Shown here: piece by piece, positions 26,330 through 39,878 of the stretch
How the letters are laid out: each line of letters opens with the position of its first letter
Position numbering within the stretch: position 1 is the stretch's first letter
Assembly: GCF_006345805.1 (NCBI RefSeq)
Contig: NC_043005.1
Span: 77,872,001 to 77,936,000 of the forward strand
Direction of reading: 5' to 3'
Length of the DNA stretch: 64,000 nt
Source of the DNA: Octopus sinensis
Lineage: Eukaryota
Made by a program: the position numbers and the translations under genes
The notes under the pieces: model-generated
Databases searched by the model: none
Seen by the model: only the letters and a program-made list of their open reading frames with translations
What the model was told of the DNA's origin: nothing

Positions 26330-26722
26330 ATTAAAAAATTTTGGAGAAGTGGGTTAATCTATTACCTCGACCTCAGCACTTAAAGGTACTTATGTTATTG
26401 ACCACTAAAGAATGAAAAGCAGTGCCTGGGTGGCATTTGAACTCAGAACGTACAGACGAAAGAAATGCTGCTAAGCATTTTGCTAACGGTTCTTGTTTCT
26501 TTATTACCCACAAGGGGCTAAACATAGAGGGGACAGACAAGGACAGACAGACGGATTAAGTCGATTATATCGACTCCAGTGCGTAACTGGTACTTAATTT
26601 AACAACCCCGAAAGGATGAAAAGTAAAGTCGACCTCGGCGGAATTTGAACTCAGAACGTAGCGGCAGACGAAATCCCACTAAGCATTTCATCCGGCGTGC
26701 TAACGTTTCTGTCAGCTCGCAG
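26330..26722 (-). mobile_element. SINE family A dimer, partly decayed
   Basis: Family A motifs. Confidence 0.8.
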
Positions 26723-27995
26723 CCTAACGCATCAGTTGTAACAGCAGCTGAATCACGCTCGAATCACACATTGGCGTCTTAAATAAGAAAAGGATACACT
26801 GGATAATCTTGTTTTATATAAATCTAACAAGAGTAGATGGTCACGTTTGGGTTGTCTCTCATTAAATGTCTGATTGATCAGAGCTGATATGGAACTAAAC
26901 AACATTTCGTTATATTTTCGATTCTGTCTCACATGATTGTTAGCTGCCGGCGTTTATACTTACCAGCCAATCAATTCTTAAGAATATATTTAGTTTCCAA
27001 GTCTGCTTGGTTCCTTATCTTTCAATCAGCCGTTTTCTATCTCTCTGTCACAGCAAAATAAGTGCGTATAACGAAACCGAAAGGAAGCTATTTGGACAAC
27101 TGCTGTTGTATCAGTGATGAGGTAGCAACCTATAAACCATGAACCGATACACCTAAAACATTATTTATGGATATGCTTTCAATCAAACAACCCGACTTGA
27201 GGAAATGGTGCGATGTTATCACCACACTTTCACCAGAAGTTATTTCACCAAACTATTTCAGCTTCGTTTAAAGATCTTTTGTTCTGCATATAAGAAATAT
27301 TATCCAAATTTTATCTCTATGAAAGATATGTTTCAATACAGAATTTCTAGTTATTGAATGTTTATTTCCAGGCATTTCCAGTTATTGAATGTTTATCGTG
27401 TTCTGCATTGGCTGCTCTTCGTGTGATAATAAAGAGAAAAGGATGATACTGTCTTTTATATTTTTCTTAGACACGTAGGTCGAGTCAATCAATTGTTAAA
27501 AGTTTACTGCCATAGATTTCAACAGCAACACAGATGAAGTCTGAGCAACAACAATATATATATACATTTCATTTCAGTAATATTTGATAAATGACGATTC
27601 GTAACTGAAAGTTGATCGTTAGTGAAAGTGGAATGCATTGCTTAAAAGAATTGATTTATTATTGATTCCCTAAAATGGTATAAGTGTGAGACGATAAATT
27701 ATGCATACATATGGCGGCCAGCTGGAAGGACTGCTAGTCTTCCGGGCAAATTGCTTAGCGGCATTTCGTCCATCTTTACGTTCTGAGTTCAAATTCCGCC
27801 GGGTCGAATATTGAAGTTGATGTAATCAACTTACTTCTCCCTGAAATTGCTGGCCTTGTGCCAAAATTTGAAACCAAATTATACACACACTCACACAGAC
27901 TTGCATATTGTTTTGCGCAAAAAGAATGAACTTATTGATTAAGTTAACTACAAGTGGGAAATAATATATTATCTATATCTATACGTATGTGTGCG

Positions 27996-28034
<39 letters not shown>

Positions 28035-28038
<4 letters not shown>

Positions 28039-29019
28039 ATAGAAGATTGTCCCAATCTTCTACCAACATAGTTTTCAAGGATTGTATATCTGTGACCTCT
28101 TTCCTCTGTAATTGAAGTTTATGCAACAGTAGCCCTCACATGGTAAAATTCATTAAGTTGAGATGTGGACTTTTTGAGGGACATTCCTTAGGTTCATTGA
28201 AGTCAGGAGCATTGGCTCTGAGCCAGGTAACAGTGTCCTTGGCTGTACGAAGCTTTTGCTCCATCTTGTTGCCATGTCCATTTATATCCTCCCATTACTT
28301 GGTTCATGTCGTTGAACATTTGGGTGCACATTTCATCTCTATACTGTTTTTTTTGTTTCTTCTATATGATAGAAGATGTTCGTGCCCAACAGCATCTCTT
28401 TCAATAAACTGCAACTCTGTTTTACCAAGCCAGAAGACTGCACCATAGCATATGAGTGATGACTGTTCTTTATCAAGTTCCACCAGCAGAACAGGGCTTC
28501 TGTAAGAAAATTGCATTTAATTCTCGTATAGCACTATAATTCGGACTGTTGAAGAATGCGAAAGACTGTACCTCTTGATAACTGAATTTCTTGGCAAATT
28601 TCGCACTGACTGGAATTACTTCTTTCGTGTCTTGATGGTGGGACAGCAAGGTCCAACACAGCCCGTTTAATAAGCGAATGAATTTTCTTGATTGTACCAG
28701 ATCCACATTTAAGAACTTTAGCAGCAGGTGATCCTACCCCTTTTAAGTACAGCTACAACATCAGCAAATTGATTTTTAGTTATCGAACTAAAGAGCTCTG
28801 GGAAAATTTCTAGGCATTTTTTTAGTTCCCAAGTTGGATGTTCTTTTTTAAAGAGAAAAATCAACTCATATTGAAAACTTGATAATTGCAGCATCCTGGA
28901 ATTTAAAAAAGGAATTAGAATATTTATATGTTAGTTAATTTTTTAGTTTATTGATAAGATAAAATATGGTAAAATACAAATTTGAAATCTGAAATTTCCT
29001 GTTCTTTTTGTGGGGCATC

Positions 29020-29022
<3 letters not shown>
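28035..29022 (-). mobile_element. Tc1/maT-like transposon remnant
   Basis: Minus-strand WTWQQDGAK..TAKDTVTWL...PSKSPHLNLMNF...LKTMLVEDWDNL. Terminus CAGGATGCCCCACAAAAAGAAC at a TA. Confidence 0.8.
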
Positions 29023-29077
<55 letters not shown>

Positions 29078-29096
29078 GATGCCCCACAAAAAGAAC
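29001..29096. repeat. perfect 96-bp palindrome: two 22-bp TIRs around (TA)26
   Basis: GTTCTTTTTGTGGGGCATCCTG-(TA)26-CAGGATGCCCCACAAAAAGAAC. Confidence 0.95.
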
Positions 29097-29809
29097 ATAT
29101 ATATATATGTGTGTGTGTGTATGTGGTAGATACAAACTGTGTGGAAGCCCGTTGGATATATATATATATGTTCATATGTATGTATGTTCTCTACCGTCGA
29201 AATGCGGTGTAGATAAAACAGGGGACAACTGATGAAGGGAATGTTCTTTATGTTGCCTGGCGTCAATTTGTTCGACTAAATCTTTGAAGATGGTGCCCTT
29301 ACATGGCCTTGGATCAATGACTGAAAGAAGCAAAGGTTAAAAGGTGAGATTGCTTTCAGATACGAAAAATTACTGTGTTGTAGTAGAATGCAGTAAAGTA
29401 AAAATGAAGAGAAATATACTGCTATGGTAGTTTCTTCCTGGCACGGCAGCACCGCTTTCTCTATGACATTTGTGACTTGTATGATGAAATATTAATTTCA
29501 AGCTGGAATCAAAGCCACGCATTTTGAGGTGTTTGTATTATCGATTACATTGATCTCATAATAGATTTATATATTTAATACTGCGAATGGTGAACAACGG
29601 TGTCGTTGATTAGAGATTTCCCCGAGAACTAATTATTAACTCAATGTAATTCTGGTGGCATGATTAATAAGGGAGTGTCGCAGACTTGGTTCAAAGGACA
29701 TTCTTTGAAAAGCACGCGTTTTTTTCTCCTCCCGATTTTCACATTCTTTGCTGATATGCATCAACGATTTAGATTCACCTGCATACATACCAACATTCGC
29801 ATGTATGCA

Positions 29810-30374
29810 TTGGGTTGTCCGGAAAGTTCGTGCCGATTTATAGTAGCTTATCTTTCTACTTATTTTAGAACATGGTTGAGTCCATAAAATAGGATTTGAC
29901 TACACCTCCATTTAGAGCACAGTCTAAGCTATCTTTTCATGGAAGAAGGTTTATGTTGCTATAACCTGTGTTAATTCTGTAACCCTTTAAAATGGAAGAT
30001 AATAAAGTTCATTTTCGGCACTTGATGCTTTGGAAACCAGAACAAAATTGTTGCGGCTCGGCTGGGATGTGTTACACCACCCTCCATATTCACCAGATAT
30101 TGCTCCTTCGGATTTCCACTTATTCAGGTCTCTGCAGAATAGTCTTAATGGTAAAAATTTCAATTCCTTGGATGACGTAAAAAATACCTTGATAAATTCT
30201 TTGCCATAAAACCGCCTCAATACTGATAAGACGGTATTTTCAAGTTAAAGGAAAGATGGAGACGCATTGTGCAGTGAAATGGTTCATATTTGGTTGATTA
30301 AAAATGTAATGGTAAGTATTTATTGACCTTTTTCTTTTCTTTAAAAATCGGCTCGAACTTTTCGGACAACCCAA
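29810..30374 (+). mobile_element. internally deleted mariner element with both TIRs
   Basis: TIRs TTGGGTTGTCCGGAAAGTTCGTGCCGATTT and AAATCGGCTCGAACTTTTCGGACAACCCAA. MEDNKVHFRHLML is fused to LGWDVLHHPPYSPDIAPSDFHLF. Confidence 0.92.
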
Positions 30375-30484
30375 TATAATCTGTGTGTGTGTGCGCGCGT
30401 GTGAATGTGTACATGCGTGTGTATGTGTATGTGTGTGTGTGTGTGTGTGATCCCTGGACACGTAGATCTTCGCCTAAGTTTGAC

Positions 30485-30785
30485 TTCACTGGCACTCCGT
30501 CGAGTACGACGACGAGGTTTCCGGTTGATCCAGTTGAGTGTTCCAGTTGATCACTAACAGCCTGTTCGTAAAATTACCATAGCAAGTGGTTGAGTATTCC
30601 ACATACACACGGCGTACCCTTAATGTAGTTCTCAGGGAGATTCAGGTTTTACTCATTTTTGCCAGTTGAGTGGATTGGAGTAAGGTAAAATAAAATGTCT
30701 TGCTCAAGGACACAACATGCCGCCGAGAATCGAACTTTGTAATCGTAAGCTGAACACTCTAACCACTAAGCCACGAGCCTTCACA
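30485..30785 (-). mobile_element. SINE family C
   Basis: Related to 16722-17013 (TTCTCAGGGAGATTCAG, CAAGGACACAA). Confidence 0.7.
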
Positions 30786-32544
30786 AATTTGACTTCACAG
30801 TTTACGGTGGCAGGTGGTGGTGGCAGGTTGTGGTGGCAGGTAGTGGTGGTGGTGGCAGGTGATGGTGGTGGTGGCAATTGGTGGTAGCAGGTAGTGGTGG
30901 TGGCAGGTCACATAACAACCGGGACAAGTCGGTGTATCTGCAACATGGCACTTGGGGGGGCAAATCGTAGTCGGGCGGTGGTTTCTCTCACTATACTAAG
31001 GGTATTGCCCTGCTGGATGCAGCTAGTTCAAAGCTCTGTATAGGGATTTCTCCCGAATGACCAGAGACGATGTAATCGACCCCCCCCCACCGATTTCGGT
31101 CCTTGTGTCTTAAATAGAAAGGGTTATTATCATTATTGCTGTTAAAGCTGTGAACTGCAAGAATCGTTTGCAAGTTGGACGAAACACTTCACGGCATTTC
31201 TTCTGCTTTTACGTTCCGAGTTCAAATGTCGCCGAGGTCTACTTTGCTTTTCATCCCTTCGTGGTAGATCAAATGCAACACCAACCAAGCATTGGAATCG
31301 ATGTAATCGACTTTACCCCCTCCCCTCAAAAATACCGATCTTGTGCCAAAATTCTAAAAAAAATTTACTATTGCTTTTATTATTGTTTGTTGTTGGCAAG
31401 ACAAGCTACGTATAGTTTATATAATTTCAGAAAAAAAATCGTTAGATACTAAACTGAAAGTAAATTCTACACTAAGTATGTTTATAGAAAGATAGGCTTT
31501 TGTTATTGGTATTTTTCTCCGCTCTAGAAAAACAATGTTTAATTCACCAAACACATTTTTTCTGTCGCTAGGCATTTCAAATATGGCGACTAAGGCCTCA
31601 AATTACAAAAACGAAAAGAAAATGTGAAACAAATCTTGTAAACAAAATAACAGTTATTTGCACTCTAAAGAACACTTGTAAAGGATGAGAGAAAATTTTT
31701 ACTGGCAAATGTCTTGGATTATAAAGCCATACAAACAGTATTAGTTTATAAAGCCGTACAAACAGTATTAGTTGCCAGTAACTAAGAAATTTCAAATATG
31801 ACTCCAGTAGCGGAGAAGTTTTGAATATTACTCCGGTTTTAAATTTGGTATCGGGGTTATGAAAAGAGATGAGTAAACGTCGGTGGAAGCTATTTTGATG
31901 GAAAAGGTTTTTCAATTGCCTTCCAAGATAACATTTGAAGTTACCCTCACCGGTGTATATATAGAAGGATGTAGATTTTATCGACCTCGACAGCATCAGT
32001 CATTTCCCGTTATCTTTGCCCACGGCAGAATGCACACCGACATGAGATACCTTATTTTAGTTTTACCAGACATAGTTTTATGTGTTGGCTAAGAGAATGT
32101 TGGAAGAAGATATTAATTTTGGATTTTTTTCTTCGTAGATTGATTGCTTTCACTGCATCTAAGGACCTCGATCTACCCTTACAAAAATCTATTTAGGCCA
32201 TAGTGCGACCATTCCGAGTCAGAACAGACCTAGCACTAATTGTAATTAAGCTGTGACTCTACGCTCCCCACAACTCCGAGCCGCCAAATTACGCTGAGGC
32301 TGAATCTGTCGTCCTTCGATAAAATTCGTACCAGCTGGGATCAAAGTAATCGATCTGCCTTCAAGCGTATTGAACTTTTAAGGTGGTGAGCTGGCAGAAT
32401 CGTTAGCGCACCAGACAAATGCTTAACAAAATTTCGTCCGTCTTTACGTTCTGAGTTCAAATTCCGCTGATGTCGACATTGCCATACGTCCTCCTTGGAT
32501 CGATAAAATAAGTACTAGTTGAACATTGATCGATAAAATAAATA

Positions 32545-32625
32545 GCGTAGGATGTGTGCTGTGCCTAGTAGTGCAATTTTCTGTATGTTATATGTGTTTT
32601 TGTTATGTATTTGTCTGAATATATT
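32545..32625 (-). mobile_element. short fragment of the R4/Dong-like element next to (TTA)n
   Basis: Reverse complement of 57960-58055 with an internal deletion. Abuts a TTA tract. Confidence 0.8.
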
Positions 32626-34119
32626 TTTATTATTATTATCATTATTATTATTATTATTATCATTAGCAAAAAAAAAAGAAGAGTGCCATTGTTATCAAGT
32701 GAACGATATTTCGACATTTAGCGTGCACACTAGATGTCGAAATATCGTTCATTTGATAACAATGACACTCTTCTTTTTTTTTTGCTTCTGTATACCTACT
32801 AGAGGAGTTACCTCAATCCTATAATATATCATCTTCTTCTTCTTCTTCTTCTTCTTCTTCTTCTTCTTCTTCTTCTTCTTCTTCTTCTTCTTCTTCTTCT
32901 CTCCTCCTCCTCCTCCTCCTTCTTATTATTATTATTAAGGGCTGCTAGGTCACAAAATAGATAGATTCTCGAAAAAAAGTATTTGCGTTGTTCCTGCTCT
33001 TCACTTCGAATTTTCAAATTCTGCCGAGGTCAACTTTGCATTTCGTTCTTCCCTTTCCCCCACCACCACCGGTATCGATAGACTACTTGGATTTGACGGT
33101 AACGATTAACCCCTCCTCTTAAAAATTGCTGGCTTTCTGACTGAATCAGAAACCATTTCCATCCTCCTTCTGCTCATCATCATCATCATCATCATCATCA
33201 ACAACAACAAAACTAAACATTCGACAAAGTTTTCTATAGCTGCCTACACGCAAGTCCTAATAGTAGTCAGTTTTGAAACCGCCGTGAGGAGTCGGCTTAT
33301 TTGAATGTAGAGCGACCTCTGTTCGGTGCATCATCTAAATATAAATCCATTAGCAAATCGTGAATGGAGTTTAAACAATGTATGGTCAAATTGTGTGTCA
33401 GTGAGTAAATGTATTCGTTTGAGAATTTATATTGTAATAATAATGTAAAATAAATTCAAAACCCAAACTTGTACTTCAGAAATAAACACGAGAGTAACAG
33501 CTGCAATTTCAATGATATCTACTTCGCTCGAGGGGAAAAACCTACTACGAATAACAGAAACTGATGTTTTAGCCATGCCATTAGTATTAATAAAACGATT
33601 TCAAGAAGTACAACATACAAAACATTTCGGAGATATCAATGAAATCACTTAAAAGGCAGCCGTAATCTCTGTGAAATAGTATATTATAGATCTATATAAT
33701 AAAAACATACAAACTGAAACAAACAAACTGTTTCTATTCATGAATACACCGAAGTTTATGTAACTGGAAACTTTGGGAAGTAAATACTTAACTGGTTTCT
33801 TTATCTCTGACAATTAATGCTGGATGTATGAATTCTAGTGCTTCAAAGATTGATTCATCGTCTTACATATATTATAGTTAAGATACTTTACACACTCACA
33901 GACACACATACACGTCTACATACATGCATACACGCTCCTCCACTTACATCAAATACATATCTATTTCCTCTTCTCCATCTTACATCAAATACATATCTAT
34001 TTCCTCTTCTCCATCTTACTCTCCCTTGGTACCCTCTCTCACTCTCCGTCCGTTTGTCTGTCTTTCTCTCTATATATGCATATATGTAGGTATATATATA
34101 TATATATTATATATATATA

Positions 34120-34144
<25 letters not shown>

Positions 34145-34158
<14 letters not shown>

Positions 34159-34475
34159 TCAACTTGTGTGTCTGTCTGTGTGTGTGTCTGTGTGTTTAAC
34201 CTCCCGGCACAATTCCTCCTAGCCAAAAAATCGTAGAACCACTAAAAATGGGTCACTTAAAGTTTAGGCGAAGCAAAATTGAACTGCGCTATTTCTGTTC
34301 CGAAATTCATCTCGCAAGTGCAAAAATCGATAATGTGTTTGTTTAGGCCTTATCCCATGCATTGAATAGTGAACTTTACTCAGTCAGCTGTTTGACGTGA
34401 ACTGTGTTCACCACGCGTGCAAGCATGCGTAAATTGCATGAAAAATAAAAATAAAAAGCCGGGCAATACTGCTAG
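34145..34475 (+). mobile_element. non-autonomous Helitron, third family
   Basis: Starts in (TA)n-AAAACTCAAC and ends GCCGGGCAATACTGCTAG|T. The left hairpin arm is missing. Confidence 0.65.
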
Positions 34476-34666
34476 TATATATATGGCCAGATTGGAGCAA
34501 TCTCAAGTATAATCAGCCGAAATTGTGAGGATAATCTGGTGGTTGACTGAGGAAAGAAAACTTTGAATGACCCGTCCTTGTTTTCTTTGTATCGTCTGTC
34601 TGGATATTTTGTTGTCCATTTTTGTATCACCTAGCTGTCCGGATGTTTTGTGTTCTTGTCCATTTT

Positions 34667-34699
<33 letters not shown>

Positions 34700-35339
34700 A
34701 GAGAGAGAAGAGAGAGAAGAGAGAGAGAGAGATATTGAGAGAGAGAGAGAGAGAGAGAGAGACGTACAAACACACAAACACGTATATATATATTATACAC
34801 ATACGACGGACTATTTTCAGTTTCTGTCCACCGAATCCACTTACAAGGCTTTGGTCGGCCCTGGGCGCAAGTAAAAGACGCTTGCTGGAAGGTGCCATGC
34901 CGAGAACTGAACTCGGAACCATTGGTTGGAAAGCAAACTTGTTTCTTCACAGCCGTGCTTGCGCCATATGGTGAAATTATGTTTTTATTAGTGTTTTTTG
35001 TAGAGAATATGAAGGCTAGCGTTTGCTAAGGCAACAAACTCCAACCACCCGCCAATACACAGGTAGTCTTTTTGCTATTAGAATTTTTGTTTTATGGTAA
35101 AATCGTGTCTCAGTAAATTAATTATACAGAACAGTATAATCTAATTTTAGTTAAGCATATTAATTACAATGTTTATCAATAATCTCGGATTTTAGCTTAT
35201 AACAACAATAATCTGTCTAAACGTATGAATAGCTGAGAATAGATACGTGTTTGCATTTCACATTTTGTTTGTTGTATAATTTAAAATGTTGGTGATTCGT
35301 GAGCGTCGAATCTAGTGTCGCATGTCGGCATCCTTCTAA

Positions 35340-35585
35340 GGCAAGGCTGTGTGGTCAAGAAACTCGCTTTGTAACCTCGTGGTTTGTGGGTTCAGTCCTA
35401 CTGCCTGGTACTATGAGCAAGGGCAAGTGTGTTCCATTATTGCCCCGAGTCGGCGAATGATAAATTGTGATTGAAATTTGGAGACGGAAAGTGTGTGGAA
35501 AACTGTGGCATGCGCACACACATATACACACGCACACACACACACATGCACACACACACACATATATATATGTATGTAATATACA

Positions 35586-35616
<31 letters not shown>

Positions 35617-35855
35617 GAGTGTGTTTGTGCTTGTCCCTCACCCCCGCCACTTGACAACCACTGTTAGTTTGTTTACGTTACCTTAACTTAACGGTTCGGC
35701 AAAAGATACCGATAGAATAAGTACCAGACTTAAAAAAAGAAGAAAAGCGGAAAACAATTAATAACTAATACTGGTGTCGATTTGTCCGACTAAACCCTTC
35801 AAGGCGACGCCCCAGCATGGCCGCAGTCTGATGAGTGAAGTAAGTAAAAGATAAA
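35340..35855 (+). mobile_element. SINE family B, full length, diverged
   Basis: Head GGCTGTGTGGTCAAG...GGTTCAGTCC and tail CCCAGCATGGCCGCAGTC...GTAAAAGATAAAA. Confidence 0.8.
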
Positions 35856-36309
35856 AAACAATGTTTGGTTCTTGCGTGTTGAGAATATCGCGAAGACTTG
35901 AGTTTATTATCCAGCAACGAACTATAACCCACCTCTAGTATGCAGGTGTTGTCTCGTTTATAGAATTATTGCTTAGAACTGTAAAGGTGTCTTAATGTAT
36001 TAATTATATAGAATAACATAACCTCATTTTAACTTGATATATTAATTACACAATGCCTATCAAATATTGAGTTTAATAAAAAAACAGCAACAGCCTGTAA
36101 AAATTTATTAATACTTAGCCGAAGATAGATACATAATTAAATTTTATATATTATCTATTGCATAAATTAAAATGTTGTGACGTGATTTATTTGTGGCAAC
36201 ATCTGATACAGTAAATAAAATTAATGATATTCTTTGTTATTTGCAACAGAAGAAATATTAGTTCTAAATGGCATTTTGTGTATCTCACTTAACGTAGATA
36301 TAATGTAGA

Positions 36310-36655
36310 AAACCTGGACTGCGACCATACTGGAGCACCGGCCTGGAGAGTTTTTATTGAAGAGAACAACTCCAGTACTTTTATTTTTAAGTTTGGTACT
36401 GATCGTATTAGTCTCTTTTGCCGAAGAGCTAAGTTACAAGAACATAAACAAACCAGCATCGGTTGTCATAAAGCCACACATACACACACACACACACACA
36501 CGCGAAGGGTTTCCTCAGTTTCCGTCTACTAATTCTCTCACAAGCCATTGGTCGTCCTGGGCCCATTGTAGAAGACACTTGCCCAACGTGCTGCGCTGTA
36601 GGGCTCACCCCGTCACCACCCTAGTTGCAATATGAGATCCTAAACCACACAACCA
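36310..36655 (-). mobile_element. SINE family B, diverged
   Basis: Family B body and tail motifs. Confidence 0.7.
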
Positions 36656-36850
36656 AATCTGTGCTCAATATAGATTCATTTTAACTCTTTATAATAAAAA
36701 TGGCATGAACTATACTGAACAGGCGCAAGAGCAACAGCTGCAAATCGAAGCTTATTTGCATCGTAGTGTTGTTCACTTACCTACACATTCACCTTTCTGC
36801 TCCTTTATCCTATCCTCTCTCGTATTCCCCTTGTGTTTCAACCTCACACC

Positions 36851-36897
<47 letters not shown>

Positions 36898-36898
36898 C

Positions 36899-36941
<43 letters not shown>

Positions 36942-37742
36942 CTTTCTCCTTTCCAGGTAGTCAAACCATGTATTCACTTCTTCAGCAAAGCATCTGCTTT
37001 TGTCCCACTATCTAACTTTCTTATCCCTCCATTCTATACCCCACTCAGTCGAGAGGGTCTACCCTTGAGATTAGTTGGTGACCTCACCTGTGCAGGTGCC
37101 ACGAAAAAACATCCAGTACACTCTGTTAAGTGGTTGGCGTTAGGAAGAGTATTCAGATTTAGAAATTATGTTTAGTAAACATAGAACCTGACGCACCACT
37201 CTGGCTTGTCTGTTCTTGTCAAACATCAAAATCATGCCGGCAAGGAAAAAGGGACGTTAAATGACGACGTGATGCTCAGGTTTTATATGTCTTTGATGAA
37301 AGACTGCGTGAGTCTATCAGAAGTAACCCTGGATAAAACAAAGTTACGTAATAAAAACATCGTTATTAGACCCACGTTAATGAGAGAGTTCCACTTGTAA
37401 GAAATAGTAAGCAAATTTTCCTCAAATCATTCTACCGTATTTAAAAAATAAACGAGGAAGATGTTCGGTAATATCGTCTGAAATATGCCTGAAAACATTT
37501 GAATGGCCATGGCTAAGATATCATGCATCAGGGTTCTCCATAGGATCATAGGGCTGACCTGGGAGTAAACTATAATAATATGATCATGAAAAGAAGCAAG
37601 GAACCGGTGAATAATTTCGTGTACATCGGTAGAAATTTAATAGAGAACGAGATATCTCAACAGAGGGACAGTATCCAGAATCTTGAAGACAGATAATGCC
37701 AGTCACAAACAGAAATATTCCAATATACCTATGTAAAATTAA

Positions 37743-38250
37743 AGCGGCGAGCTGGCAGAAACATTAGCACGCCGGGCGAAATGCTTAGCGGTATTTCGTC
37801 TCCCCAAATTTCGGGCCTTGTGCTTAGAGTAGAAAAGAATATTTATATCTTAATAAGGCGGCGAGCTGGCAGAAACGTTAGCACGCCGGGCGAAATGATT
37901 AGCGGTATTTCGTCTCCCGCTACGTTCTGAGTTCAAATTCCGCCGAGGTCGACTTTGCCTTTCATCCTTTCGGGGTCGATAAAGTAATAATTATGCACTG
38001 GGGTCGATGTAATCGATTTAATCCTTTTGTCTGTCCTTGTTTGTCCTCTCTGTGTTTAGCCCCTTGTGGGTAGTAAAGAAATAGGTATTTCGTCTGTCTT
38101 TACGTTCTGAGTTCAAATTCCGCCGAGGTCGACTTTGCCTTTCATCCTTTCGGGGTCGATAACTTAAGTAACAGTTGCGTACTGGGGTCGATCTAATCGA
38201 CTGGCCCCCTCCCCACAGAATTTCGGGCCTTGTGCCTTGAGTTGAAAAGA
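37743..38250 (+). mobile_element. composite SINE A (deleted monomer plus full dimer) within a 20-bp TSD
   Basis: AATATACCTATGTAaAATTA at 37722-37741 and AATATACCTATGTAcAATTA at 38250-38269. Confidence 0.85.
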
Positions 38251-38479
38251 ATATACCTATGTACAATTAGAATCTGAATATGTTATTCGAATATATATCT
38301 CCTCTATTTGTGAAATGCGATAGATGGGAAAATCTGCCAACGAAGCCAGTTCTTATAGTCTATGAGAAAATATGGTTGCCGTAGTTCATTCTATATTGAT
38401 ATGCTTGGCGAATCTTTGAAGGTGTTTGTATGTGGATGCTTAATCTTATAGTAATCGCTTCCATGCTAAAAGATTGGAG

Positions 38480-38640
38480 AGTTCTTTTGTTCAGTCAATA
38501 TTGATCTAAAGAAAATGTTGGTGGTTTGGTCATGTAACAAGAATGTCATCTCAACATTTGTACACGTCTTAGAGCGTATGACATCCAGTAGCCTACCGAG
38601 GAGGGACGTATGGGCGAGCAGGCGGACCACCTCTGGTGAT
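38480..38640 (+). mobile_element. RTE-type LINE C-terminal fragment
   Basis: TGGTTTGGTCATGTAACAAGAATG encodes WFGHVTRM, a typical post-RT motif. Confidence 0.55.
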
Positions 38641-39258
38641 GCTTTTATGGGAGAGGCTGTTTTGTACCTGGGACTAAATTATTTTTTACACTCAAAGAGG
38701 GGAAGGGCGGCAAACTTAAATGTTACTCCGAGCGGTAAATTTAAAGGCTACCTCGGGTGGCAAAATCAAAGCCTGCCCCAGGTGATGTACCGACTAAATA
38801 CGCCACAGATAATATCAGCGTTTATGTCATGCGGGAAACCATGAATAAAACTAGATTATGAAGGTGAAGGAGAAACTATGACGCCATGATGAACACGACA
38901 TCTTCAAGAACTTCAAGCTCATAGCTAACAACGAGCAAATCCTTTTCTTTCTAACAATAACCCTAATAAAACTAAATAAACATCAAGAGCCATACATATG
39001 ATATTTGCTTAACCATTTCCCTCACAAATGTGATGCATTAAAGATAAAAAAAAAATATAGAGATTATTGGAAAATTTGTTCGCTTGAATAAATATAAATC
39101 CAATTAAGATTATTGAATCTTTCGTATCTTTAAAACAAATCCCTTGTATATTTCTTCTCATTAAAGTGAGATAATTGTTTACTGTCCGAAAATTGAATTT
39201 CTTTTTCTTCTTTGTTCTTTCTCTCAGTGGCCATCGTGTTATATATGTATATGTATAC

Positions 39259-39289
<31 letters not shown>

Positions 39290-39878
39290 TGTATGTATGT
39301 ATGTATACACACAGCTATAAATCAACGTCTGATAAAAAGAAATTGCGTTGTTGGTTGAGAATAAAAAGGAACGTGAAAGGAATTAATAACCAACATCCAT
39401 CCATTCGCTACCATTAGGCTTAAAAGTAAATATTAAATAAAATGTAATAAGAAAAAAAAAACATAACAAAGTAAAATCTCCTCTTACTAATGCGTAATGC
39501 AAATAAAATTAAAAATGTTGCTTTTAGTCCGCTCTGTAGTCCTGATAAATAACAAAATCGATATCAGTTATATTATCAAGAAACAGAGAAAGGAAAAGTT
39601 ATTTCCGTTTTGGATAGCATCCAGTGATTTTGACGATTTTCAATAGAGCTCTTTTTTTTTTTTTTTTAGAAAAAAAGAAAGATATAATGCTAGAAAATAT
39701 TACGGATTTTAATTAATAATCGGATATATTGTTGTTATTCATTTCTTATTTAACTTTTACCTGTGGTTTAAAGCAAAATTTGAAATTGAAAATTATTTCT
39801 GCGATCAAATATAATGCTGAATTGTTGCGTATTTATTCTGCAATGAATTCTCAATTTGTTGCCCTTCCGTCGTCTTAG

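Noticed and set aside
27054-27115. KISAYNETERKLFGQLLLYQ after a strong acceptor, reminiscent of a Cys-loop receptor N-terminal helix
   Set aside because: It is followed immediately by stop codons with no convincing donor, and the resemblance is too short to support.
29225-29270. CTGATGA-AGG...CCT, possible hammerhead 5' half
   Set aside because: No GAAA or stem III follows, and the sequence runs into a SINE tail.
34540-34585. CTGAGGA-AAG-AAAA-CTT-TGAATGA hammerhead-like string
   Set aside because: GAAT replaces GAAA and there is no stem I complement.
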